From positions 5,156 through 69,155 of the forward strand of contig DATGOL010000029.1 of NCBI GenBank assembly GCA_035306065.1: 64,000 bases of DNA, given 5' to 3'. Shown piece by piece: positions 8,704 through 17,040 of this stretch (its first letter is position 1; each line of letters starts with the position of its first letter). The position numbers were made by a program, and so were the translations under genes. The notes below the pieces were generated by a model. That model saw only the letters and a program-made list of their open reading frames with translations, made no database searches and was not told where the DNA came from. This DNA is from Gemmatimonadales bacterium (GTDB taxonomy: Bacteria > Gemmatimonadota > Gemmatimonadetes > Gemmatimonadales > Gemmatimonadaceae).

Positions 8704-10385
8704 GCCGCTGCTCCGCGCAGCGCGCGCTGCACAGCGGTGCGAACTACAACTTCCTTGTCCCCAGCCGCCGCCTGCAGCGCTGTGCGTGCCTCAGCCACAT
8801 TGATACGTCCCAGCGCCACGGCGGCACACGCGCGCACTTCGGCATCCGGCCGCCTGCCCAGGAATCCGCGACCATTCAACAGGCTGTCGAGCACTTCCAC
8901 GCCCTGGGCACCGCATAACGACCCGTAAGCCTCGAAGATGGCCATGCGCTCGGTAAGGTCTGCGGCCCGGGTTTCCTTTCCGCGAACGAGTGCTTCCAGC
9001 CTTGGCAACGCCGCCCGGTAACCGTGAGCGGAGAACGCGCGACAGGCGGCAAGTCGCACTCCGCGAGCGGAGTCGTCGAGCACCCGTTCGAGAGACTGCA
9101 GGGCACCGGCCGACCCGATTGCGGAAAGCGCTTCCGCAGCCGCCTGGCGCAGTTCCTCGGAGCTGGCCGTCAGGCGCTGGGCCAGTGCCGGAACTGCACC
9201 GGCCATGCGGGTGCTGCCCGCCCTGCGCATGGCGCCGATGGATACCACCGTATCCTGGTGCGCAACAAGCTTGATGAGCTCGTTGGTGTGCGCCGACGCT
9301 ATCCGGCTGACAGCCCTCTCCATCGCCTCACGAACGGGAATCCGTTCGACTTCCTCGATCTGCCGAAGCAGAGTTGCGAGCGCGGAAACCTCCAGCTCCT
9401 CGAGCAGTCGCTCGCCCTCTGCGATCGTTGCGGCCGATCCGCCATCCAGCGCCTGGATAAGCTGTTCGAGAACGCCAGGTTCGGAAAGCTGCCTGCCGAG
9501 TCCCAGAAGCCTCTCGCGGTGCGCATCGGTAATGTCACGTGCACGACCCGCAGTTACGCGAGCCTCACGAAGGAGGGACGCGACACTCGCGAAGGCACCG
9601 GCTACCAGAAGCTGGAGCAGCAACGCATCCAGAGCGCCGCACACTTCCTCTCGAACGCGGGAGGAACGCTGTGCCTCGAACGTGTCGAGCAGCGCATTGG
9701 AGAGGCTGGTTCGTACGTCCGCCGTGTACTCGCTGTCCAGTTCACCGCGAAGGTAGGTGATCTCGTGTTCGTCGAGGAAGTACAGTGTTCCCTCGAGGTC
9801 CTCCATGCGCACTATGTTCGACGTGCTGGCGGCCGCGGCCTGCACCGCGCTGCCAATATTCGTGCCGGTCGGATCTTCGGGAGCTGCGTAGGGTCGTCCC
9901 TCGTCTGCATGAACGGAGCGGAACCGAAGGTTCTGCAGATCCTTCTCCCACAGCAGTGTCACCAGGTCGTCATCGTCAGGCATCGCCCGGCGAACCTGGT
10001 GCAACGTCTCCAGGAACTGCGCCAGCTCCCCTTCCTGGAAGCCGGGCAACAGCGTGAGCTCTCGCACGCCGTCCTTGTAGAGCATCCAGGCGAGTGCATC
10101 GCCACCGCCACGCTCGCCGTCCGTGTGCACCACCACTTCGCCGTGGCGCAACTCAGTTTCGCTCACGGCAACCAGAAGCTCGCGAGTGTTCGCCCAGAGC
10201 ATTCCGAAGGCCACCCGTGTCTGCTCGAGGGATCGCAGATACGCGGGATTGTCGTGCTTGTACAGCGCATGCGCTCGCAACGAACGCACGAGCGAGCGCA
10301 GAGCCTCGGCAATCGCTCCCGTTACGGGATCGCGATCGTCAGGCGCTGCGCCAGATCGTGAGTATGGCTGCGCTACTGTACTCAC
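8700..10385 (-). CDS. HEAT-repeat protein with N-terminal module related to that of the adjacent HD-GYP protein
   Basis: 561 aa. The C-terminal 170 aa or so show PBS-lyase/HEAT-like repeats ([45 protein letters not shown]...[14 protein letters not shown]...[11 protein letters not shown]). The GTG start at 10385 shares GTGA with the trpB stop. Confidence 0.7.
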   Translation of the reverse strand: MSTVAQPYSRSGAAPDDRDPVTGAIAEALRSLVRSLRAHALYKHDNPAYLRSLEQTRVAFGMLWANTRELLVAVSETELRHGEVVVHTDGERGGGDALAWMLYKDGVRELTLLPGFQEGELAQFLETLHQVRRAMPDDDDLVTLLWEKDLQNLRFRSVHADEGRPYAAPEDPTGTNIGSAVQAAAASTSNIVRMEDLEGTLYFLDEHEITYLRGELDSEYTADVRTSLSNALLDTFEAQRSSRVREEVCGALDALLLQLLVAGAFASVASLLREARVTAGRARDITDAHRERLLGLGRQLSEPGVLEQLIQALDGGSAATIAEGERLLEELEVSALATLLRQIEEVERIPVREAMERAVSRIASAHTNELIKLVAHQDTVVSIGAMRRAGSTRMAGAVPALAQRLTASSEELRQAAAEALSAIGSAGALQSLERVLDDSARGVRLAACRAFSAHGYRAALPRLEALVRGKETRAADLTERMAIFEAYGSLCGAQGVEVLDSLLNGRGFLGRRPDAEVRACAAVALGRINVAEARTALQAAAGDKEVVVRTAVQRALRGAAA

Positions 10386-11569
10386 CCCACACCTATACCC
10401 ATCTCGGCCACCTGGTTCACATCCTTGTCACCGCGACCGCTCACGCAAAGGAGCACAACGTCGTTCTCGCTCCAGCGCTCGCGCTCCTTTGAAATCCACG
10501 CCACTGCATGCGCCGTTTCCAGGGCGGGAATAATCCCTTCCAGGCGCGACAGAAGCTGAAATCCCTCCAGCGCCTCATCGTCCCGAATCCCAACATACTT
10601 GGCTCGTCCGGTGTCCCTGAGCCACGAATGTTCAGGACCTACTCCCGGATAGTCGAGACCTGCCGATACCGAGTGAGCAGGCATCACCTGGCCCGATTCA
10701 TCCTGCAGCAGATAAGACATTGCGCCGTGCAGCACGCCAGGTCTCCCGAGACTGAGAGACGCCGAGTGTCGTCCCGGTTCCACACCATCGCCTGCGGCCT
10801 CCACGCCCACCAGCTCAACCTGCTCATCTTCGACAAACGCGTGAAAGATTCCCATCGCATTCGATCCACCGCCGACACACGCAACAACCGTTGACGGCAG
10901 CCTCCCTTCCTCCTCGAGCATCTGTGCACGGGCCTCACGACCGATCACGGACTGGAAGTCCCTCACCATGCGCGGATACGGCGCCGGGCCCACAACAGAC
11001 CCGATGATGTAGTGACTTTCATTCACCGTCGTGACCCAGTCGCGAATGGCCTCAGTCGTTGCATCCTTCAGCGTGCGTGTTCCACTTGTGACCGGAATCA
11101 CACTCGCACCAAGCAGGCGCATTCGGAAAACGTTCAGCGCCTGACGCCGCATGTCTTCCTCACCCATGTATACGACGCATTCGAGGCCGAAACGGGCACA
11201 TACCGTTGCCGTTGCCACGCCATGCTGCCCGGCCCCAGTCTCCGCGATAATCCGACGCTTGCCCATCCTGCGAGCAAGCAGCACCTGCCCCACCGTATTG
11301 TTGATCTTGTGCGCCCCGGTGTGATTGAGATCCTCTCGCTTCAACCAGACGCGTGCACCCACGTGCGCCGAAAAACGCGGCGCGGCGGTTACCGGAGTTG
11401 GACGACCAACGTACGACCGGAGTAATGCCTCCAGCTCACCTACGAAAGCAGGATCTGCGAGTGCGGATTCGAGTTCGCGCTCCAGCTCGTCGAGGGCGGG
11501 TATGAGCGTTTCAGGGACGTAGCGGCCGCCGTAGGCGCCGAAACGTCCCGAGTCTGCAATGGTTGTCAT
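10382..11569 (-). CDS. trpB: tryptophan synthase beta subunit
   Basis: [19 protein letters not shown]...[16 protein letters not shown] (PLP lysine)...ETGAGQHG...GGGSNA. The ATG at 11569 forms an ATGA overlap with the trpF stop. The 117-codon upstream extension in the track ORF was rejected. Confidence 0.95.
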   Translation of the reverse strand: MTTIADSGRFGAYGGRYVPETLIPALDELERELESALADPAFVGELEALLRSYVGRPTPVTAAPRFSAHVGARVWLKREDLNHTGAHKINNTVGQVLLARRMGKRRIIAETGAGQHGVATATVCARFGLECVVYMGEEDMRRQALNVFRMRLLGASVIPVTSGTRTLKDATTEAIRDWVTTVNESHYIIGSVVGPAPYPRMVRDFQSVIGREARAQMLEEEGRLPSTVVACVGGGSNAMGIFHAFVEDEQVELVGVEAAGDGVEPGRHSASLSLGRPGVLHGAMSYLLQDESGQVMPAHSVSAGLDYPGVGPEHSWLRDTGRAKYVGIRDDEALEGFQLLSRLEGIIPALETAHAVAWISKERERWSENDVVLLCVSGRGDKDVNQVAEMGIGVG

Positions 11570-12249
11570 GGTATTCTGATTCTGGCTGTGCCGACAGCGT
11601 CGGCGAAGGCGCGCAGTTGCGCCGGGTCCTTGATTCCTGGTTCCAGCTCGACACCGGAAGACACGTCCACCACATCGGGGCGTATGGCAGCGATCGCCTC
11701 CCCCACATTCAAGGTGGTAAGCCCGCCGGCGAGTACCAGTCGCGATCCGGCGGGTCGCATTGCCGTTAGCGACGGCCCGATGGTATTCCAGGGGAGTTGC
11801 GTTCCTGTGCCGCCCAGCCCCGACGGCGAGCGAGCGTCCAGCAGCAGAGCGCTCGACACGGAGAAGAGCTCCGACAGGTCCGGGACCGTATCGCCCGGCG
11901 AAACACGCACCACCGCCCACACGTCCAGCCCGGTGCGCTCGCGAACTTCCGCAACCGTCGCCGCGTCCGGGTCGTTGTGGAGCTGGGCCACGCCGATCCC
12001 CGCAAGTTCAGCGATGCGCGCGATCTCGCTCGCGCTGGCGGAACCGAAAACTCCCACCCTGCGGCTCGCCACCGGCATTTCGACGAGCACGTCGGCTGCG
12101 CGCTGCGGCGTCAAGGCACGCGGTCCGCCGGCGAAGATCACGCCTACGAATGCAGCGCCCGCCTCCACCGCCCGGGCCGAATCGACGGCTCGCGTGAGGC
12201 CGCAAATCTTGAATTCCACCGGCATTTGTGAACTGCTACCGTCGCTCAT
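11566..12249 (-). CDS. trpF: phosphoribosylanthranilate isomerase
   Basis: FKICGLTR..D...[12 protein letters not shown]...VQLHN...LLDA...GGTG...LAGGL are PRAI motifs. There is a 1-nt overlap with the trpC stop. Confidence 0.9.
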   Translation of the reverse strand: MSDGSSSQMPVEFKICGLTRAVDSARAVEAGAAFVGVIFAGGPRALTPQRAADVLVEMPVASRRVGVFGSASASEIARIAELAGIGVAQLHNDPDAATVAEVRERTGLDVWAVVRVSPGDTVPDLSELFSVSSALLLDARSPSGLGGTGTQLPWNTIGPSLTAMRPAGSRLVLAGGLTTLNVGEAIAAIRPDVVDVSSGVELEPGIKDPAQLRAFADAVGTARIRIP

Positions 12250-13052
12250 CAGGTGCTCGCCCGCCTCCGAACACTGCCGACGGATACGCCTGCCAGACCT
12301 CGCACTGCCCCCTCTGCATCCCGGGAGGCAGACAGGCTGGAACCGACGAGCACCGCGTCGGCGCCGGTGGCCGCTGCACTCTCAACGTCTTCCCGCGTGG
12401 AGATACCACTTTCGTAGACGGCGATCCGGTCGGCCGGAATCTGCGGAATCAGCAGGTGCGCCACCGCCGGGTCAATTTCCAGTGTCTCCAGGTTTCGAGT
12501 GTTCACCCCGATCACCGGTGCGCCGCTTTCCAGGGCACTGCTCAGCTCCCGTTCGTCACGCACCTCGACCAGTGCATCCAGGCCCAGGTCGGCAGCGGCA
12601 TGCGCCAGCTGGATCAGCCTGGCGGGAGGGAGGGCCCGCGCAATGAGCAGGGCAGCGCTGGCGCCGTGAACCCGAGCCTCGGCCAGCTGAAGCTCGCTGA
12701 CTATGAAGTCCTTTCGCAGGAGCGGGAGCCCCACGGTCTCACCGGCCAGTTGCAGGTCAGCCAGGCTGCCGCCGAAGCGCCGGGGCTCAGTGAGAATGGA
12801 GAGCGCCGAGGCACCACCCGCTTCGTAGGCGCGCACCCGGCTCGACAGATCCAGGTCGGCAGCGATTACCCCCTTCGAAGGGGACGACCGCTTGATCTCG
12901 CAGACGAGCGACACGACGGACGATCGTAGCGCACCTGCGAACGATGGCGGTGCCGCCATCATTTCCGCTTGACGGAAGAGTTTGCCTGCGCCCTGCTCGA
13001 GCGCGCCTGCCCGAACCCGGGAACTTGTCAGCAGGTCCGCCAGAACACCCAC
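12249..13052 (-). CDS. trpC: indole-3-glycerol-phosphate synthase
   Basis: LVCEIKRSSPSKGVI...SILTEPRRFGGS...PLLRKDFIV...LIARAL...ALVEV...IGVNTRNL...ESGI are IGPS motifs. I chose GTG 13052 (VGVLADLL...), about 50 aa before the EIKRSSPSKG motif as in characterised TrpC. The track ORF's 34-codon extension is unlikely. Confidence 0.88.
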   Translation of the reverse strand: MGVLADLLTSSRVRAGALEQGAGKLFRQAEMMAAPPSFAGALRSSVVSLVCEIKRSSPSKGVIAADLDLSSRVRAYEAGGASALSILTEPRRFGGSLADLQLAGETVGLPLLRKDFIVSELQLAEARVHGASAALLIARALPPARLIQLAHAAADLGLDALVEVRDERELSSALESGAPVIGVNTRNLETLEIDPAVAHLLIPQIPADRIAVYESGISTREDVESAAATGADAVLVGSSLSASRDAEGAVRGLAGVSVGSVRRRAST

Positions 13053-13087
13053 CGGCTCCTGCCACGAGACTGCTTGCGCTTCGGTCA

Positions 13088-13131
13088 ATGTTCGGCTACA
13101 GTAGTATTCGGCGGGTGTTCGGTATTTACAG
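13088..13131. promoter_or_regulatory. candidate operator / repeat cluster in the trpC-lexA divergent intergenic region
   Basis: AATGTTCGGCTACAGTAGTATTCGGCGGGTGTTCGGTATTTACAGG. TGTTCGG...ACAG occurs twice, TTCGG three times (13091, 13107, 13118), there is an odd palindrome CTACAGTAG, and ATTC-N7-GTTC lies at 13106-13120. The position upstream of lexA suggests an SOS box, but I cannot match any known LexA-box consensus exactly. Confidence 0.2.
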
Positions 13132-13171
13132 GAGCCCGCAATGTGTTGGTTCACCCAGGCCAGGGGCAGCC

Positions 13172-13780
13172 ATGGCGCTCACCAGGCGGCAGCGCGAAAT
13201 CCTCGACTTCCTCACCGAGTATTCCTCGGGCAACGGGTATGCGCCCAGTTTCGAGGAAATCGCCGCGCAATTCAACTATAACTCGCTCGCCACGGTCCAC
13301 GAACATCTCACGAACCTGGAGCGAAAGGGCTACATCCGGCGCAGCTACAACGAGAGTCGCGCCATTGAAATCCTTCCGTCCTCCAGCAGTCCGCGGGCTG
13401 TGGAACTGCCGTTGCTCGGCCTCGTGGCCGCCGGTTCGCCGATCGAGGCGGTAACGCATGGTGAAACGCTGACCGTGCCCGACATGTTCGTGTCCAGAGG
13501 TTCCGCACACTATGCGCTTCGTGTGCGCGGAAACTCCATGATAGACGAGCAGATTCGTGACGGCGACTTCGTGATCGTGCAGGAGAGAAAGTCTGCCAGC
13601 AACGGCGAAACCGTGGTCGCCATGCTCGAGGACTCGTCGGCAACGGTGAAGAAGCTGTATCGGGAGAAGGACGGCAGGATCCGGCTTCAGCCTGCGAACG
13701 AAACCATGGAGCCGCTGTACGTTCACGAGAACGACATCACCATCCAGGGCATTGTCGTAGGGGTCCTGCGCCGGTACTGA
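13172..13780 (+). CDS. lexA: LexA repressor
   Basis: MALTRRQREILDFL...GYAPSFEEIA (wHTH), Ala-Gly cleavage site in LVAAGSPIEA, catalytic Ser in RGNSMID and Lys in TVKKL. ATG 13172 was chosen; the track ORF's upstream 76 codons overlap trpC and were rejected. Confidence 0.93.
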   Translation: MALTRRQREILDFLTEYSSGNGYAPSFEEIAAQFNYNSLATVHEHLTNLERKGYIRRSYNESRAIEILPSSSSPRAVELPLLGLVAAGSPIEAVTHGETLTVPDMFVSRGSAHYALRVRGNSMIDEQIRDGDFVIVQERKSASNGETVVAMLEDSSATVKKLYREKDGRIRLQPANETMEPLYVHENDITIQGIVVGVLRRY

Positions 13781-13801
13781 GGTGGTTGCGGCGCGGGCAG
13801 G

Positions 13802-14824
13802 TCAGGCGGCTTGTCGAAGCCGCTCGAGGGCCTCTGCGCCGGCGCCGTTCTTCATGGCCTCGCGCGCGTGCTCTACCGCATCCGGGAAGCTGGTTCCGAC
13901 CTCGCTCACATAGAGCGCGGCCGCGGCGTTCAGGGCCACTGCCGCCTGCGCTCCGGCCGAGCCGCCGCCGCTGATCACATCCTCGATTATGCGTGCGTTG
14001 GCCGCGGGATCGCCTCCTGCAAGGTCAGCAGGATCAACCCGACCGATTCCGAATTCGGCCGGCTCCATCCACCAGCCGTCAATGGTGCCGTTACGCACTT
14101 CCAGCACGCGCGTTGGGCCCAGCGGCGAAATCTCGTCCATGCCCGGCTCTCCATGCACCACCAGCGCGTGCACGCTTCCCAGCCGAGCCAGCGCACCGGC
14201 AATCAGGTCCAGCCTCGATAGTTCGGCCACGCCAACCACCTGTCTCCCGGCGTGCGCCGGGTTTGCCAGCGGTCCGACAAAGTTCATCACGGTGGGAATT
14301 GCCAGCTCACGCCGCACGGGTCCCACATGGCGCATTGCAGGGTGCATGACGGGCGCATACATGAACACGATTCCCGCGCTGGAGAGTACATGCCCCATCT
14401 CTTCCGGCGTGATCTCGATTCGCACGCCGAGCGCCTCGAGTACGTCTGCGCTTCCGCACTTCGACGTAAAGGAACGGTTGCCGTGCTTGGCAATTCGAAC
14501 ACCCATTCCCGCGGCAACCAGCGCGGCGGCAGTGCTGATATTGAAGGTCGTCAGGCTTCCGCCGCCGGTGCCACAGGTATCAACCAGCGATTCGGGCCTG
14601 CGCGCATCAATGGCGAGCATGGCACGCCGGAGCGCCCCGGCGGCACCGGCCACCTCGTCAGGAGTCTCGCCCTTCACCCGCAATCCCATCAGAAGCGCTG
14701 ATACCTGCGCCGGCGTGGCTTCGCCACTCATGATGGTATCGAATGCGGAACCAGCCAACTCGTTGCTCAATGACCTGCCGGCAGCCAGTTCCCTTATCGC
14801 GTTGCCAAGTGCCTCACTCTGCAT
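13802..14824 (-). CDS. trpD: anthranilate phosphoribosyltransferase
   Basis: 340 aa. Contains LMGLRVKGET, DTCGTGGG, NISTAAALVAAG.GV.IAKHGNRS..S..GSADVLEALG, which are classic TrpD motifs. Confidence 0.93.
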   Translation of the reverse strand: MQSEALGNAIRELAAGRSLSNELAGSAFDTIMSGEATPAQVSALLMGLRVKGETPDEVAGAAGALRRAMLAIDARRPESLVDTCGTGGGSLTTFNISTAAALVAAGMGVRIAKHGNRSFTSKCGSADVLEALGVRIEITPEEMGHVLSSAGIVFMYAPVMHPAMRHVGPVRRELAIPTVMNFVGPLANPAHAGRQVVGVAELSRLDLIAGALARLGSVHALVVHGEPGMDEISPLGPTRVLEVRNGTIDGWWMEPAEFGIGRVDPADLAGGDPAANARIIEDVISGGGSAGAQAAVALNAAAALYVSEVGTSFPDAVEHAREAMKNGAGAEALERLRQAA

Positions 14825-16130
14825 GAATTCTGTCCAGCAGTCGCTCGGCCAGGCGCGCCTCCGCCGCTACCAGAGCGATCACTCCCGCAAGCAGGCGCAC
14901 GCGTTCCACATCCGACTCGTTGAACACTCCCTTCCGCGCACGATTCGTCAGGTTCACCACGCCGATAACCTTGTCGTGGTAGACGAGCGGGAAGCTGATG
15001 AATGAGCCGGTTGTGAAGTATTCGTCGCGAAGCAGCGGATGGGCAGACGCATCATCCACGTCTTCAACGAGCAGCGGTGTCCGTGCAGCGGCAACCTTTC
15101 CCGCAACTCCCTGCCCCACCCTCACGCGCTGACCTTCGATCACGTGCGGCGCAATTCCACGGGCCGCTGCGAGATACAGGTGGTCGGGCTCAGGCGCGCT
15201 GAGCATGAGGGACACACGCTGCGCCTGCATGTCATCACCTACGAGCGAAAGCAGTTCGTCTACGAGCGCCCTCGGGTCGTGCGTCGTGGTTGCAGCCGCA
15301 ATCACACTCTCCAGCAGAGTGAGAGTACGCGATGCCTGGCGAAGCTCGGAGCTGCGCCGATGCAACTCGATATGCGCCTGTTCCAGGTGGCTAATGGCTC
15401 CACCGAGCTGCGTCTCGAGGCCGCTCACCTTCCGCGCCGCGCGCCGTGCTTCCTCCTCCGCACGCGCAACGTTCTGTGAAAGCTCGAGCAAACGCGAGTC
15501 TTCTACCGGCTGCAGCGATCCGCCGGGGTGTGGCGCGACCGACGCCGTACGAAGCTGCTCCTCCAGGTTTCCGAGCTTGGTGAGGTAGTCCGCGTGAACG
15601 CGCTGCGTAACGTCTTCCAGCGTGCGCACGGCCTCCTCGCGCGCTTCACGCTCGGCAAAACGCAGGAAGGCGAGTTCATACAGTGCCACCGCAGGCCTGA
15701 AGCGATCCAGCGTTCGACCGCCGAACAGCTTCTTCGACTCGTGCAGCACCAGCACTGCCGATAGCTGTCCGTCTGTAAGGAGCCCGCGTATGGTCAGCAT
15801 TCCACCATCCAGCGGCGGAAGTCCCAGCAGACGCGCGAACTCTGCCGAGCGATCTCCGAACTCGGCGGCGTCCGCGCCGGCGGATACTCTGGAGCGAACG
15901 GCCGCTGGAAGGTGATCCAGCGTGAGCCCCAGCGTGTCACGAACCACGTCTGCGCCCGACGCCGTCATCCGTTCATCGAGCAAGGTGCGACGCGCATCAT
16001 AGGAGATAAGCACCACCACCGCACTCCGGTCGATCTCCAGCAGAGACTCCGCCAGGGCACCGAACGCGTGCTCCGGCGAAGGGGCTGTCTGGAGGGCGTG
16101 AGCTAGCGAGGAGAGTGTGCGCGGCGGCAT
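14814..16130 (-). CDS. GAF-domain / coiled-coil protein with no recognisable output domain
   Basis: The C-terminal GAF is clear (RVSLMLSAPEPDHLYLAAARGI...GQGVAGKVAAARTPLLVEDV...SFISFPLVYHDKVIGVVNLTN). The central 110 aa or so are heptad-rich (EEQLR...ARAEEEARRAARKVSGLETQL...LEQAHIELHRR). The N-terminal region is GAF-like. ATG 16130 was chosen. The stop overlaps the trpD start by 11 nt. Confidence 0.7.
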   Translation of the reverse strand: MPPRTLSSLAHALQTAPSPEHAFGALAESLLEIDRSAVVVLISYDARRTLLDERMTASGADVVRDTLGLTLDHLPAAVRSRVSAGADAAEFGDRSAEFARLLGLPPLDGGMLTIRGLLTDGQLSAVLVLHESKKLFGGRTLDRFRPAVALYELAFLRFAEREAREEAVRTLEDVTQRVHADYLTKLGNLEEQLRTASVAPHPGGSLQPVEDSRLLELSQNVARAEEEARRAARKVSGLETQLGGAISHLEQAHIELHRRSSELRQASRTLTLLESVIAAATTTHDPRALVDELLSLVGDDMQAQRVSLMLSAPEPDHLYLAAARGIAPHVIEGQRVRVGQGVAGKVAAARTPLLVEDVDDASAHPLLRDEYFTTGSFISFPLVYHDKVIGVVNLTNRARKGVFNESDVERVRLLAGVIALVAAEARLAERLLDRIHAE

Positions 16131-16257
16131 TGTAGGCGGGATTGCGCGCCAGAGGTGATTCTGGCGCCGGAACTTCGCGCGTAGATGCTGCAAAGTCAAT
16201 CGGTTCCACGCCTGCAGCATCGCTTGACGCTCCAACTGCCGGGACTATGTTCCGCGC

Positions 16258-17040
16258 ATGTCGCCGCGAACGCTGCAACTCGTGCTGCACTACGATGGAG
16301 CCGGGTTCGCTGGTTGGCAGCGACAACCGGATTCGAGAACCGTGCAGGGCTGCCTCGAAGAAGCGCTGGGGCGGCTGTGTTCCGCTCCCGTTCCGGTACT
16401 CGGCGCCGGCCGCACCGACGCCGGAGTTCATGCGCGCGGCCAGGCATGCGGCATTCGCGTGCCCGAGCGTTGGACAGCTGCAGAAATGCGCCGTGCCCTG
16501 AATGCCATTCTCCCTCGGGACATATGGGTGTCCTCCGCCCATGTTATGCAGCCGGAATTCCACGCTCGCTATGACGCCGTCGCCCGCCGATACCGGTACA
16601 AGGTGGGGCTGGACGAAGAGGCGTCGTCACCCTTCAGAAGCAGATGGGAGTGGGCATGGCGGAAGCCGGTATCGCGTGAGGCGCTTCACGAGGCAACGAG
16701 CGCCCTCATTGGCACTCACATCTTCCGGGCGTTCGCGGTTCGCGGCACAGCGCCTGAACACGATGACCATCGCTGCACCGTGACGCACGCCGAATGGAAT
16801 GAGCGTGACGGAGGCCTGGACTTCACGATCGAAGCGAACCGCTTCCTGCATCACATGGTAAGGTTCATCACGGGAACACTGATGAACGTTGCGAGCGGGC
16901 GCCGGCCTGCGAGTGACATAGCAACGCTGCTCGAAGCCTCCGACAACCAGAACGTTTCCCCTCCAGCACCGGCCCACGCACTGTTCCTGGAGCGCGTGAG
17001 CTACCCACCGCACTGCTACCTGGATTCATTCGAACAATGA
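16258..17040 (+). CDS. truA: tRNA pseudouridine(38-40) synthase
   Basis: YDGAGFAGWQRQP...RTVQG.LE.AL....GAGRTDAGVHARGQ...RRYRY...FLHHMVR are TruA motifs, including the catalytic Asp in GRTDAGVHA. Confidence 0.92.
   Translation: MSPRTLQLVLHYDGAGFAGWQRQPDSRTVQGCLEEALGRLCSAPVPVLGAGRTDAGVHARGQACGIRVPERWTAAEMRRALNAILPRDIWVSSAHVMQPEFHARYDAVARRYRYKVGLDEEASSPFRSRWEWAWRKPVSREALHEATSALIGTHIFRAFAVRGTAPEHDDHRCTVTHAEWNERDGGLDFTIEANRFLHHMVRFITGTLMNVASGRRPASDIATLLEASDNQNVSPPAPAHALFLERVSYPPHCYLDSFEQ

Noticed and set aside
9024-10361. 445-aa plus-strand ORF
   Set aside because: It is antisense to the HEAT-repeat gene. The composition is Arg/Gly/Ala/Leu-rich with no recognisable motifs. Long stop-free antisense frames are expected in GC-rich DNA, and the minus-strand frame has clear HEAT repeats and operon context.
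11570-11920. 117-codon N-terminal extension of the trpB track ORF
   Set aside because: The extension lies entirely inside trpF, is Arg/Gly-rich with no TrpB homology, and the canonical TrpB N-terminus begins at ATG 11569, which forms an ATGA overlap with the trpF stop.
11588-12646. 352-aa plus-strand ORF, plus several nested 60-230-aa ORFs across trpF/trpC
   Set aside because: They are antisense to trpF and trpC, with Pro/Ala/Ser/Arg-rich low-complexity translation typical of reverse frames in GC-rich genes.
13085-13135. Classical E. coli-type (CTGT-N8-ACAG) or Gram-positive (GAAC-N4-GTTC) SOS box upstream of lexA
   Set aside because: Neither consensus is matched. TGT...ACAG pairs have spacers of the wrong length and no GAAC half-site is present. 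Only the looser repeat cluster is reported, at low confidence.
12944-13171. 76-codon N-terminal extension of the lexA track ORF
   Set aside because: It overlaps the trpC 5' end and the intergenic region. LexA homology (wHTH) starts at MALTRRQREILDFL, at ATG 13172.
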